From Malacoraja senta (taxonomy: Eukaryota), in assembly GCA_038087875.1 (NCBI GenBank), contig CM075998.1:1612084-1676000 (forward strand): 63,917 nucleotides of DNA. Reading direction: 5' to 3'. A program made the position numbers and the translations under genes. Positions 1-12,756 of this stretch are shown here, one piece after another. The notes below the pieces were generated by a model. That model was not told where the DNA came from and made no database searches. It was given only the letters and a program-made list of their open reading frames with translations. The first letter of the stretch is position 1. The number at the start of each line of letters is the position of its first letter.

Positions 1-99
1 AGATCCTGGTCTTCAAATGAAACTTCCAATCTCAATGTTCTGGGTAGTTTGGGAAAATCTAATGAATGATTTCGCTTCAATTCATTATTGACCATAATA

Positions 100-2207
100 T
101 GATATATAAGTTTTCATCTACAATTTGAGAGGGAGATGGGAAAATCCGAAATATCAGTATTACAGTTGAACAAAGGGGACTATGGAGCCATGAGGGAGGA
201 GCTGGCCAAAGTTGACTGGAAAGATACCCTAACAGGGATGACAGTGGAACAACAATGGCAGGTATTTCTGGGAATAATACAGAAGGTGCATGATCAGTTC
301 ATTCCAAAAAGAAAGAAAGATTCCAAGGGGAGTAAGGAGCGACCGTGGCTGACAAGGGAAGTCAGGGACAGTATATAAAAATAAAAGAGAAGTATAACAT
401 AGCAAAGATGAGAAGAAGCCAGAGGATTGGGCAACATTTAAAGAGCAACAGAAGATAACTAAAAAGGCAATACGGAGAGAAAAGATGAGGTACGAAGGTA
501 AGCTAGCCAAGAATATAAAGGAGGATAGTAAAAGCTTCTTTAGTACGTGAAGAGGAAAAAATTAGTTAAGACCAAAGTTGGACCCTTGAAGACTGAAACA
601 CGTGAATTTATTATGGGGAACAAGGAAATGGCAGATGAGTTGAACAGGTACTTTGGATCCGTCTTCACTAAGGAAGACACAAACAATCTCCCTGATGTAC
701 TAGTGGCCAGAGGATCTAGGGTGACGGATTCACATTAGGCAGGAAATGGTGTTGGGTAGACTGATGGGACTGAAGTCTGATAAATCCCCAGGGCCTGATG
801 GTCTGCATCCCAGGGTATTTGAGGAAGTGGCTCTAGAAATCGTGGACGCATTGGTGATCATTTTCCAATGTTCTATAGATTCAGGATCAGTTCCTGTGGA
901 TTGGAAGGTAGCTAATGTTATCCCACTTTTTAAGAAAGGCGGGAGAAAACAGGGAATTATAGACCAGTTAGCCTGACATCGATGGTGGGGAAGATGCTGG
1001 AGTCAATTATAAAAGATGAAATAGCAGCACATTGGATAGCCGTAACAGGATCAGTCTGTGTCAGCGTGGATATACGAACAGGAAATCATGCTTGACTAAT
1101 CTTCTGAAATTTTTTGAGGATGTAGTTAGGAAAATGGACAAGGGAGAGCCAGCGGATGTAGTGTACCTGGACTGTCAGAAAGCATTTGATAAGGTCCCAC
1201 ATAGGATATTAATGGGCAAAACTAGAGCACATGGTACTGGGGGTAGGGTACTGGCATGGATAGAAAATTGGTTGGCAGACAGGCAAACGGGTCCCTTTCA
1301 GAATGGCAGGCAGTGACTAGTGGGGTACAACAAGGCTCGGTGCTATTTACAATATACATTAATGATTTAGATGAAGGGATTAAAAGTAACATTAGCAAAT
1401 TTGCAGATGACACAAAGCCGGGTGGCAGTGTGAACTGTGAGGAGGATACTATGAGGATGCTGGGTGACTTGGACAGGTTCGGTGAGTGGGCAGATGCAGT
1501 CTAATGTGGGGTTATCCACTTTGGTGGCAAGAACAGGAAGGCAGATTATTATCTGAATGGTGTCAAGTTAGGAAAAGGGGAAGTACAACGAGATCTGGGT
1601 GTCCTTGTTCATCAGTCACTGAAAGCATGCAGGTACAGCAGGCAGTGAAAAAAGCTAATGGCATGTTGGCCTTCATAAGAGCAGTTGAGTATAGGAGCAA
1701 AGAGGCCCTTCTGCAGTTGTACAGGGCCCTAGTGAAACCACACCTGGAGTATTGTGTGCAGTTTTGGTCTCCAAATTTGAGGAAGGACATTCTTGCTATT
1801 GAGGGAGTGCAGCGTGGGTTCACGAGGTTAATTCCCGGGATGGCGGGACTGTCATATGTTGAAAGAATGGAGCAACTGGGCTTGTATACACTGGAATTTA
1901 GAAGGATGAGAGGGAATCTTATTGAAACATAAGATTATTAAGGGATTGGACACGCCAGAGGCAGGAAACAGGTTCCCAATGTTGGGTGAGTTCAGAACCA
2001 GGGGCCACAGTTTAAGAATAAGGGGTTGGCCTATTCTCTGGATGCTTTCAAGAGAGTTAGATAGTTCTTAAAGATAGCAGAGTCAAGGGATATGGGGGAA
2101 AGGCCGGAATTGGGTATTGATTGTGGATGATCAGCCATGATGACAGTGAATGGCGGTGCTGGCTCGAAGGGCCGAATGGCCTACTCCTGCACCTATTGTT
2201 TATTGAT
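100..2207 (+). mobile_element. 5'-truncated, decayed CR1-clade LINE (HER1-like) ORF2 reverse transcriptase and 3' tail
   Basis: Broken ORFs carry CR1 RT motifs: KSPGPDGLHPRV, KSCLTNLLKFFEDV, VYLDCQKAFDKVPH, GVQQGSVL, YINDLD, KFADDTK, LYRALVKPHLEYCVQFWSP. The 3' end is gggccgaatggcctactcctgcacctattgtttattg. Many frameshifts and stops. Confidence 0.93.
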
Positions 2208-2469
2208 AACTGATTCAACAGCATTAGGATCTTTAAGGTTACTTGAGAAAGTAGACGAGGACTTGTGTTTACTCTATTCCAATAGGCATCACACATAAGC
2301 ACTGGAATATCAACCTAGATTCTTCCTTTCAAATTTCTGCAGTGGAGTTGAACTCACAACCTTCTTACTCAGAGGTTAGAGCGTTACCCACTAGATCATG
2401 GCTGATCATGTACACAATATGAATCACCAGAATGGAGATCCACATGGAGCTCCTGAGGTTCAGTTCTAA

Positions 2470-2615
2470 AACGTTCAAGACACTTGGACAGGTACATGAA
2501 TGGAAAGGTTAAGAGGGATGTGGGCCAAATGCAGGCAGATGGGACTAAAATACATGGGGCACCTTGGTCAGCATGAGCAAATTCGACCAAAGAGCCTGTT
2601 TCCATGCTGCACGAC
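2470..2615 (+). mobile_element. short CR1 LINE 3' fragment
   Basis: agacacttggacaggtacatg...gggccaaatgcaggcagatgggact...gagcctgtttccatgctg resembles CR1 3' tails seen elsewhere in the window. Confidence 0.6.
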
Positions 2616-5069
2616 TGAGTAAATGCAATATACCACACTGCATTAAGCTGCAGAGATTGAAGTACATTTCTTCTGGTTTGCATGGTTATTCATCAGTTGG
2701 CTGGTCATAACACGGCAACTAGCTGTTACTCCATAACCTATCATGGAGATGTGTCTCAGCCAGAATATATTAAACAGTTGAAAAGTTGACAAATAAATGC
2801 CAAATTCAGCTCTCAAAAACAGTGAAAATCATTCAGGTTGATCTGCAGTTTCGATTTCCCTTCTGAAGCCACTAACAAGAAATGCAATGATTTATGTTGG
2901 CACTCCCATATTTGCAGCCGCAGCATCATTTCACATTCATTTGTTTATAAAAGTTGCATTATTTTAGAAATGGTTATTATGGGGATAAGAAATGTGTATC
3001 ATTTCAATACACATTTAATAGGTGCAGCACCCTTTCTTATCAAATGTCTCATTTGAAGTGGTGGACTTAGCTTTGCCATCTGCTTTTACAGGTAACTCCT
3101 TCACTATTTAAGTCTCAACTTTAGTGAAACATTATTACTTTCAAGTTTTCAGGTCTACATCTGCAGTTAATTTTATGTTGCAACGCTTGAAACAAAAAAC
3201 TTGTTTTCTATAACAGTGTGGGCACTATAGTCCTCTACCTCGCACTGCTTTTTTAAAATAAAAACAGATAGCGTTTTAGCCTCTTTTGTGGGGAAAACTT
3301 GACAGGACTTGAAGGAATCAAATCATTTTCAGGAAACATTACTATCTATACAATAGGCAGACCTTAGTTCAACTGGTCTAATTGATCCCTTAGTGTCACC
3401 TGCTTATATAACAATCGATTGTAGATGTGGGGAAGAGCCATGAAGAGGGAGGTTGAGCTATGTCAGTTCTACTTTATCACAGCAGTTTACTCAACTGTTG
3501 ACCACATTGCAACAAATCCTTTCCTTGCTGTGCAATAGTTGGCATTGTAACTGGCTTCTCCTCACATACATGTCCCTTCACTTTCAAAACTAATGTCATC
3601 AACCACTTCTCAAAGGAGTCTGCATTTTTGAAAACAAATACCATCTCTATCTTCCCCATACAATTTTATGTTTGTTTCTGATGCAAATTTAGTACTCCCT
3701 CCAGAATGCCTATGCCATTCATATACCAATAAGGTCCAACCAGTTACTAACATTATGAATATCAGTGTATTGTTCTCCTCATCCTCTGCAATGCCTGTTA
3801 ATTAGTCTTAGGATTGAAATTGGGTAGGGCGAGCCAGAAAATGTTAAGCGTTGTTCACTTCAGAAAAGCAGTCCCCCCTTCAAAGTATTTCCAACATTAT
3901 TTTATTTCAGATTTCCAACATTGCAAAAGTTGGCTTTTAAATCATAGGATTCGCCTCGCTTAGTTCTATTCTCACCTACCCACGGTAAGAGCGTCTACAG
4001 AAGTAACTTTCCATCTTCTCAACATTTTGCAGCCTTAACATTCAATTCAACCAATCGTCTGGGCTTGTATGTTCTTCATCACAACATACAAGTTAATCCA
4101 TCTCTGCCTCTGAAACTTCCATATCATTTCCTGACTTCATTATTCATGGCTGATTTCCCATTCTCCATAGAAAGTAAATCAGCTTATCCAAACTCTATGG
4201 TCTTGATTCCTAATCAGCACTTTTTCTAATACACCCTCTAAATGCTTTATGAAATTTTTGAATGCCAATATATCATTAAAAGTTTTCGAGACGGATGGAT
4301 GGGTTTTACAATGTTGTATGGACTCCTGATGGTCAGTCTTTGTGATTAATTGGGGCATTGAGGGGTAGAATGGCAGTGGCAAAGCAAATCATTCAGATCA
4401 AAGAACTAAAGGTCATCAAGGAGGATGCAGAGATGGAGCGGGTCAGAAACATTTTATAAACAAGGACAGTGATCATAAATGAGAAAGGCCCAGCATAGAA
4501 GATAATGGAAGAGAACGCAAGCAACAATGTGCACGGTGGGCCAAAGAAAAAATGGAGGTCTAGAGGTAAAGTACAGATAGAGTGGAGAACAGGTATTATG
4601 GACAGATCTGAACTAAGTTGCACATGTGGAAGTATTAATATAGAACAGTTGAGCCTAGCTGAAGAATTCATATCTTGTTTGTATCTATATATATTTGTAC
4701 CTACATTTGCGCAAAAATGGTACATGATAGCGCGACAATTTTAGGCCCACCTTACTCACCATTGTCCTGGGATGCCCAGTAGCAATTTTCGTTCAGATTG
4801 ATGAATGAACGATTAATTTATTGGCCAAGTATGTTCACATACAACAAATTTGCCTTGTTATATTTTACGTTGTTGACATTTATTTTACAATTTATTGATA
4901 TTTAAAACGTAACTTAAAACAGCGCCCCCCCCCACTTGCCACCCGCAGCTGCGCAGTTGGGGGAGGGTTCCGTGCGCGTCACAATCAGCCACGCCAGCGC
5001 AGTTGGGCCCTTTTCGGATTTTCAGATCGCCATCTCTTTTCCCCCTTTCGCCTGTACTTGTCTGCCCTC

Positions 5070-6146
5070 ACAAGCAAGCAAGTTTATTTATATAGCACAT
5101 TTCATCAACAAGACAATTCAAAGTGCTTTACACGAAGCATTTAAAAAGCAATCATAAGCAATTAAGAACAATCATTAAAAAGAATAGAAAATAAAACAAG
5201 CTAAAATAGAATGAGACAAGTATAAAATACAAGAACAAAAGTTACAATGCAGTGTAAGAAATGAATAATTACTTAATTCAATTAAAAGCAGTGCCAAACA
5301 GAAAAGACTTCAGCCCCAATTTAAAAGAACTGAGAGTTGGAGCGGACCTGCATTTTTCTGGAAGTTTGTTCCATATATGTGGTGCATAAAAACTAAACGC
5401 TGCTTCTCCATGTTTAGTTCTGACTCTGGGGACAGAAAGCAGACCTGTCCCAGACAACTCGAGGTCTGGATGGTTTATAATGTACATCAGAAATATATTT
5501 TGGCCCTAGACCATTCAGTGCTTTATGGACCAACAGTAATATTTTGAAATCAATTATTTGGCAGAGTGGAAGCCAGTGTAAAGACCACAACACTGGAGTG
5601 ATATGATCCACTTTCTTGGTCTTAGAGAGGACTCGAGCAGCAGTGCTCTGAATCAGCTGCAGCTGTCTAATCGATTTTTTAGGGAGACCTGTGAAGACAG
5701 CATTACAGTAGTCAAGTCTACTGAAGATAAATGCATGGACAAGTTTTTTCCAAATCCTGCTAAACCATAAGTCCTTTAACCCTTGATATATTCTTAAGGT
5801 GATAGTAGGCTGACTTTGTAATTGTCTTAAAGTGGCTGTTGAAATTCAGGTCTGAGTCCATGAATACACCGAGTTCTGGCTTTGTCCATGGTTTTTAACA
5901 TTGCCAATTGAAGCCGAGCACTGACTTTTAATCGTTCCTCTTTGGCTCCAAAAACTACCTGTTTTGTCTTCATTAAATTGAAGAATGTTTTGGCACATCC
6001 AATCGTTGATTTGTTCAATGCACATACTCAGTATTCGTATTGGACCATAGCCCCCTGGTGATATGGTTATGTCAATTTGTGTGTCGTCTGCATAATTCTG
6101 GTAACTTATTTTGTTGTTTTCCATAATCTGACCCATCGGCTCCACG
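5070..6146 (-). mobile_element. 5'-truncated L2-clade LINE nested in the Helitron
   Basis: Minus-strand fragments YADDTQI, HITPVLWSLHWLP..IDFKILLLVHKALNGLGPKYI and GEAAFSFYAPHIWNKLP. The 3' end has AATAAA followed by a short (GCTT)n tail at ~5071-5090. Confidence 0.88.
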
Positions 6147-6326
6147 GGTAAGTTTTGTTCTATTTTACAAACGCCTCCATGGGTCCTCCCTTCACTTTAC
6201 TGATGTTAGCTTAAGTTCTGCCCCCCCCCCCCCCCCCCCGGGCCATGTGCTGGGGTTGGAGCCGGTGCAAGGATAATGGAGGGGAAGAGGGGGCTGAAGA
6301 GGGAGAGGCCGCACCGGAGACCCCAC

Positions 6327-6546
6327 GGCCTGGGAGCTGGGGCGCTGCTGCTCCGGGCCCACGGGGAGGGAGGAGTGGGACTCAGGGTAAGGACTAGGCT
6401 GCAGCCTTGGCCTCACCCTCCCCTTCCCCAGGCCGCTCTGCCCGTCCCCCCTTCCCACCTGACAGCCCCCGCCTCAGGTACAACTTCATCATCAACGTGC
6501 TGGAGAAAACGGGGCCGGTGGTGGTTTCCATCGAGATCCTGGGAAG
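6327..6546 (+). pseudogene. htra2: captured fragment of HTRA2/Omi serine protease first coding exon (frameshifted)
   Basis: Translates GLGAGALLL...QAALPVP / PPDSPRLRYNFIINVLEKTGPVVVSIEILGR, versus human HTRA2 LGAGGAVLLLL...[37 protein letters not shown] (from memory). Ends at AG|GCGAG, a donor-like site. No downstream protease exons seen. Confidence 0.8.
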
Positions 6547-6900
6547 GCGAGAAGAGGGTGGGGGGATTGAGGGAGTAGCGAGGGAGAGGGAGGGGAAAGT
6601 GGGGGAGGTGAGGAGGGAGAGTGGGGGGGGGGGGTGGGATAGCGGGGAGGTGAGTGGGGGGGGGGAGGGATTATGGAGGGATGGAGTTACTGAGGGTAGG
6701 GGAAAGGAGAGGGAGAGGTGAAGCAGGGAGTGGGGGAGGGCAGGAGAGGGGAAAGAAGAGGGAGGGTGAAGAGGAAGGGGAAGGAGTATGCGAGGTAATC
6801 GAGGAGGGGAGGGAGGGGGTGAGCGGAGGAAGCAGAGGAGGGTTGGTGGGGAGTGGGAGGATAATGGAGGGGAAGAGGGGGCTGAAGAGGGAGAGCGAGA
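6547..6900 (+). repeat. G/A-rich low-complexity tract with many G-runs (G-quadruplex potential)
   Basis: Near-pure purine sequence with runs of 3-12 G. Confidence 0.85.
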
Positions 6901-9540
6901 TGCATTCACATTGATCTTATATTTTACAAGTTATTGCCATTTTAAACTTTTAAAACGTCGCAGGCGCGCTCCCACTTGCCATCCGCGCCTGCAGTTGGGG
7001 AGGGTTGCCGTGACTCGCGTCACAGCAGGGATCTCTGAAGTCACAACGAGAACCTGTCAGCCGCGACTGTGCAGTTGGGAGCTATGGATGAGTGATGGAA
7101 TATTGCGTTGTACTTGCCTCCACGTGTAGGTTTTCTTCCATTTTACAAGCGCCTCCATGGGGCCTCTATTCACTTTAACTTAATTTCTGCCGTCAACAGC
7201 ACAACTTTGAACGCGGCAGTCATACCTGCGCAGTTGGGGGAGGCCAGTCAGCCGCGACACAATTGAAAATGGCGCTTGTAACGAGGCAGTGACGCAAAAT
7301 GGTGCCATCGCCCCTTCCGCAGGTGCGCTGTTGGGGAAGCCTTGCCGGGCCAGGATCGGCATTTTTACTGAACATTGTGTCGTCTATGGGCGAGTGGTGG
7401 AATATTGCGTTGGGGAACGGGGACCCAACGGGTCCGCGCTCCCATCTAGTATTAATAGACAATTTTGTGCTTTTTGGAATTTTTCTAACAAAATCAGAAA
7501 TACGTCTAACGGCATCTGATACCAGACATTTAACATTAGCTCTATGAAATGGATATGGTTAGGCAATTTTATTAATTGGACTAAAATAACTCAAACCAAT
7601 AAATAGGAAAATTAAATCAAACGAGGGTACTAAGATTAACTTCTCTTCAGAAAATATGTTAAAAAGGCCTTCTAAAGTTGATGAGAAAATAATGCCTTTT
7701 AGAGAAATGAATGTCAAACTGCTTTGGCCAATGTGGGACTCTAATCTAATGTCAATATGGAGTAAACTTAATGACAAAATTAACAGTTTTAAGTAGTTAC
7801 CTTTGATTCCTGCCCCATGGCAGGGAACAAATAATCTTTATTCAGACTATAGAAGGAAGTATGCCACAAGTATCAGTGCCAGGACCACCCATTCAAAATT
7901 CACACAAATAATATGGGATTTGGAAATCTGAATAACCTGTAGCTTTCACAGATAGGAATATGCTATACATACCCGATCTTCCCTATGCGACTCACTACCT
8001 TTAGCATGAGGTAGACAACATTGGAAAAAAAAAGCAGCTAAATGGCAATTGAACCTCTGGCATATTGAGGGAAAAGCAGAAGTGTCAGCTCATAGACAAG
8101 AAACTGAATGGGCAGAAGAGGAGACGGATACAGGTGATGAGATTGTTACAAGCAGCAACAGGACAGCAAAATAATTTTAAAATATTATCAATGCATTTTC
8201 TGGATTCAAAAGTAATGGTCAGGCACAGTTCTGAGCCTCAACTATAGAAAAAAAATTAAAATACCAATAAAAATGTACAATGTCAGTACCAGAAAATGGA
8301 AACTTTAAAATGGCACAACTATGCTCAATTTGGGCAGTGTAGATGTACAGCGAGCAAAAACCGCAAAGGCCATAAATAGAGTACATTTAGTTCAATACAG
8401 AAATATGGATCTCATGAGCACAGATATGGTTGAGAGAAATAGTTTATGTTTTTCCAAAAGGAAGTCAGAATATACTAGAGGCTTGAAAATTTGCTGAAAG
8501 ATTGAGATGGAATGAGAGTTGACCCACAAGGATAGGCCATAAACATTAGCTTAATCAATCATACCCAGCACCTAAAATAAAATTTACGACAGACCTGGCA
8601 CCCAATAAGTTAATGCGACTTAGATAACAGTATATATGAACTTGCGCCCAAGTGCTAAGAGGTTAAAAACTCTACCCAACTACCTTGCCAGATATTTATC
8701 AAGCAACATCCATACCTTAAGATATGTTGGAAAAATAAGACAAGCTGTCTTTTGATAAACCTGTCAGACAAGATTTCCAAATATACTTAAAACCATTTTA
8801 TCATGGAAAATTGTAAGAATTACCATAACTCCAGTTTCTAAATTGTAATTATCATGTTTGTTAAATATAAGCGATCACATTTGCTGCCAATTCCGCAAGT
8901 TCAGCTGTGATGCTTAGCTCCAAGTTTGTTAATCTTAGCAATGGTAAAAAAATTGCTGCCCAAATTGTGACTGCATCCCACCTCATGAGGAAAGACAAGA
9001 TTTCCACTCCTTCCCACGAAATTCCACTGGAAATGTAAATGTGGAGGACATGGATAAGATCATTATGTTGCGAATTGTTTGCACCAAATGACAGGAGGCA
9101 ATTTCAATAAAAATTAAGTCTTACTTTCCATATTCCAAATCAACCGGCACAACCTATATTTCAATAAACAGGACTCATCACACTCTTCCAGTTAAAAAAA
9201 AAAACAGTCCAATTCAACAACTCACCTGCTTTTATTCCATGCCTTTTCCAAGATATGCACTTCCTGAACATCTCCCCATGATTTCATTTTTTACTAAATC
9301 ATGGACACTTCCACAATTCCCAGCTGATGAATAGTACAAATTAACAGTTCCATCAAAAGGAGTTGTCTCTGCCCAATTTTCAGAACAATTTTTGGGAAGT
9401 TATTTGACTTTGGCCCAATTGAATTTATAATTTGTCTCAGAAGTGAAGTGTTTTCTCACTGCATCATCTGGTCCCCAAAAAGTCAATCTACTGAAGTTTT
9501 TACACAAGGAATATGAAACAATACACAAATGAAAATGTGT

Positions 9541-9546
9541 TTTATT
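9541..9546 (-). terminator. candidate distal polyadenylation signal of paralog A (proximal alternative at 12680-12685)
   Basis: AATAAA on - at the end of an AT-rich, UTR-like stretch with TGTA motifs. No transcript evidence. Confidence 0.3.
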
Positions 9547-12355
9547 GTTATACATTCAACAGACTTTCATAGAAATGAAGGTGAACACATTTCTTGTTTT
9601 AAAAGGTCTACAATGAAACAAGTACACTTAGTTTAGGACTGTATAGGTTATGTTGTCCTGGAGGTCTGCATCAGTCGAACGATTAACAATGGAGGGGAAA
9701 AAACACTACATGTAATCGCTTAGAAAAGCATTAACCATAGCAAAGAACTATGTAGTAATCAATATATACACATTATACAAGTACTGTACCATTAAACCTT
9801 TCCTGCACATAAGGTGAAACTATAGTTGGTTTCTCATTTTACAGGCATAACCAAATAGCAACCGAAGTGTTCATTACTCCATTTTAATAATCACTTTGCT
9901 GCAAAGTCCAATGTATGAAACAGTGTGTTTTGGTAGTACAGCAATAAATCAAAAACATCAAATCCTGAAAGAATTTTTTTTAAACCAATTACCAAGACCA
10001 GTAGAGGAAACCAGAATTCAAATTGACGGGAAAAAAATGCAGTTCAGATTACTAGCAGGTACAATGAGAACACTATTGCAATACTGCAAGATAGTCTCAT
10101 TTGTATGGAATATCAATAATTTCCAAATGCATAGACCTCTGTAGTTCCGCTGAACCCTTCACAATTCCCTCGCACATTGAAAAAAGTGTAGCCAATTATG
10201 ATTGGGTCAGTGTTAAGTCATAAAGAAACAATCTCACTATGGTACTACTCCAAGAATCAGGACTGCTTTGTTTTTTCCAAATCTTTTAAACTTCTTGTAG
10301 TGTACACATTTCTCACCTGGAAGTTTTAATCAGGAAAAAAGGGTATTGTTTGTGACATTCTGGTTCATTTTACTGGCAAGGGCCAACAATAATTGATGAC
10401 TACCAATAAAGTAGTAACTGCTCCTACCCTGCTCCCAGCGAACTGCAGCTTGTATATTTCCCAAAGATTTAGGTATGCAGGTTGGAGAAGAAAAAGTTAA
10501 CTGTTAAAATGCGGACCCAAGGTTTAATTTATAAAAAACTAAACTCATGTAGTAGTCAAATATCAGAACATAGGACAGATGAATGCCAGAATCCTAAACC
10601 ACTGATGCCAAATATGACTATAAATAGCATCAACATTTCAGTGCAAGGATTTAAAACAAAATAGCAAGTGATACTTCGTGCACTGTGATTTTAGGAACTG
10701 AAAGAGGCTGTACAATCAACTTGAAAGCAGATTCCTGTCAAAATATCCTGCTGCAGCAAATCATTACCGACTTGAATATAGTCTTTTTTGCAGGCTTGAC
10801 GAAGAGGAAAATTTATCTTGTCCACCTATTCCAAACAGGATTCCACTGTACACTGAACTATGATGCACCATTTACCAGTTATGTAATTAATATTTATGAA
10901 TTGCACTCCTGGATTAGAAGAAATAAATTCCAAAAGTATGTGGCAACTGCAATATTAGCTGCTTGATATCCATCAACACTAATACCTGGTGGTAGTATAC
11001 CAAATTGAATTTCACAATCCTATATCCCCTCAGCTTGAGAAGGCATGTAATGGGGATGGAAATGTGGACAAGGGAAATCCAAAGTACTGGGAGTTTGTCT
11101 GTCCACTATTCGCAGCTGAACCCATTGTAAGAAGACCAGTGCTTCTTCAAACAGGAAGAGTGAAGAGAATCAAGATAATTTTGCAGACTTCATTTTCTGC
11201 AATCAACTGCAGGTTGATCAGGAGTTTGACATTTGGAATCAAATTGTGCCCCCACCCAAAAGGAACAGTAGAGCAAAAAGATAAATTAGAAATTATGCAC
11301 AATGGCTGGAAAATTACTAAAAACAGGCAGGATTCTCTGTTCACCCGAGGCCAATGAAAACATGGCAACTAATATCTACACTCATTCAACTATTTTAAAT
11401 TTGAGATTTAAAGTAGAAAGCAGATCAAGAAAAGTAGCAGGAAAAAACGATGACGTGCCATGCAGTGGTCCTGGGTTCCCACAAATGCAAAACAAAAAGT
11501 TACAATACAGATTTCCAAAGACCAAAAGGCCCACCGACCCAACAATACCCACTATACACAGCATCAAAAATGTCTTGCTTCCTGTGGCTTTAGCAAAATT
11601 AAGTCAGCTGGCTGACAAATGGTCGACTTAGTTTTCACAAACCTCAGTCACATGGAGAACAGATACATGGAGGAGGCAGCTACGCATTCAATGAAATGAG
11701 TGTATTAATGGCTGTATTCCAGATTTAGATGGAAAATAAATCAGGTCAGAAAATTTTATCCAGAATTATAAAGCCTTCAACTCCCAAGACTATTGTAGTT
11801 TGCAATATATACCAAGGCATCTCACAATACAAACATACCCTGGAAAACTTTACAGTAGAGGTGGCTCAATTAGTGGCTAATTTTGCCACTTAATTCGCAT
11901 CCATTTCTGCCACTATGCTTTGCCAACGCCAAATCTAGCACATGTCTAAATCTTGCAACGCAGGTTTCCAGAGAAGTAAAATGTGCAAATCAGTGAGGTG
12001 TCAAGATACTCACAAATCTGTGCGCAATTGGCCGTAACCAAGTCCATGGACAGAGAATTTTCCAATGTCACTTAGAAACATCATACAGGATTAGAACTTC
12101 CTCCTGCATTTTAGTCAAATATTTTCACAATTCTCCCATTACTGTTTTTTTTTAATATCAGGAATATGGGTGGAGAAAACATTAAATTATTCTAAATGAC
12201 AAGTGTTCATAATCTTGAATCTACATATAATCAAGAAAAGCAGAATTTTTGATACTGTGCGCTTCACCAATGTTAGAAATGGAACAGCAACTTAATCATT
12301 CTCCCCTGTCCACCCTAAATTCCTTCCGCCCACACCACCATTTATAAATTCTAGA

Positions 12356-12573
12356 CAGTGGTACTATAAACCCTTGTTATAACGGACCATGGGGGGTGGG
12401 AAAGATGGTAGCAGCCGGGAAGACGGTGGGTTCTGGCGCCGGAAGCCCAGCCTGGAAGCAGCCACGGGTAATGTTGGCAGCCTAGCCTGGCAATAAAGGT
12501 CAGTAGGTCCGTCCACTATAACCGAAATCAGTTATAAAAAAAGTCCATAAAAACAAGGGATTATTGTACTGTA
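12356..12573. mobile_element. degenerate Tc1/mariner (Tigger-like) MITE
   Basis: Imperfect inverted ends: cagtggtactataaacccttgttataacggac versus gtccataaaaacaagggattattgtactgta. Confidence 0.5.
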
Positions 12574-12756
12574 AAACTACCTTCTATCAATTGGGCCTGG
12601 GGCCTTATCGGTCAATTTGCATCTGTAAAGCAGAGTCCCAGCACAACCTCCTCAGATCTGACAAACTACATAGCTTTCTTTTATTAGTATACTGAAATGA
12701 TAAAACAAATATTTAAAGGAGCTGAGTCGCACCTCTCTCAGGTGATCAACTCCATG

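Larger units (their letters stand above)
4684..7449 (+). mobile_element. non-autonomous Helitron-like element
   Basis: 5' end A|TCTATATATA (4683/4684). 3' hairpin GGACCC-AAC-GGGTCC (7421-7435), then 10 nt later CTAG|T (7446-7450). No TSD. Internal duplicated blocks at 4900-4990 ~ 6948-7030 and 6163-6200 ~ 7141-7180. Confidence 0.75.

Noticed and set aside
136-1932. Series of + strand ORFs as a host gene
   Set aside because: They are frameshifted pieces of one CR1 ORF2, not a cellular gene
6327-6546. A functional htra2 gene in this window
   Set aside because: Frameshift in the C-run near 6446-6451, GC in place of a GT donor, no downstream protease or PDZ exons found, and it lies inside a transposon
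6192-6914. Pro/Ser- and Gly/Glu-rich ORFs (up to 171 aa) on both strands
   Set aside because: By-products of the G-rich low-complexity tract; only the HTRA2-like portion has recognisable homology
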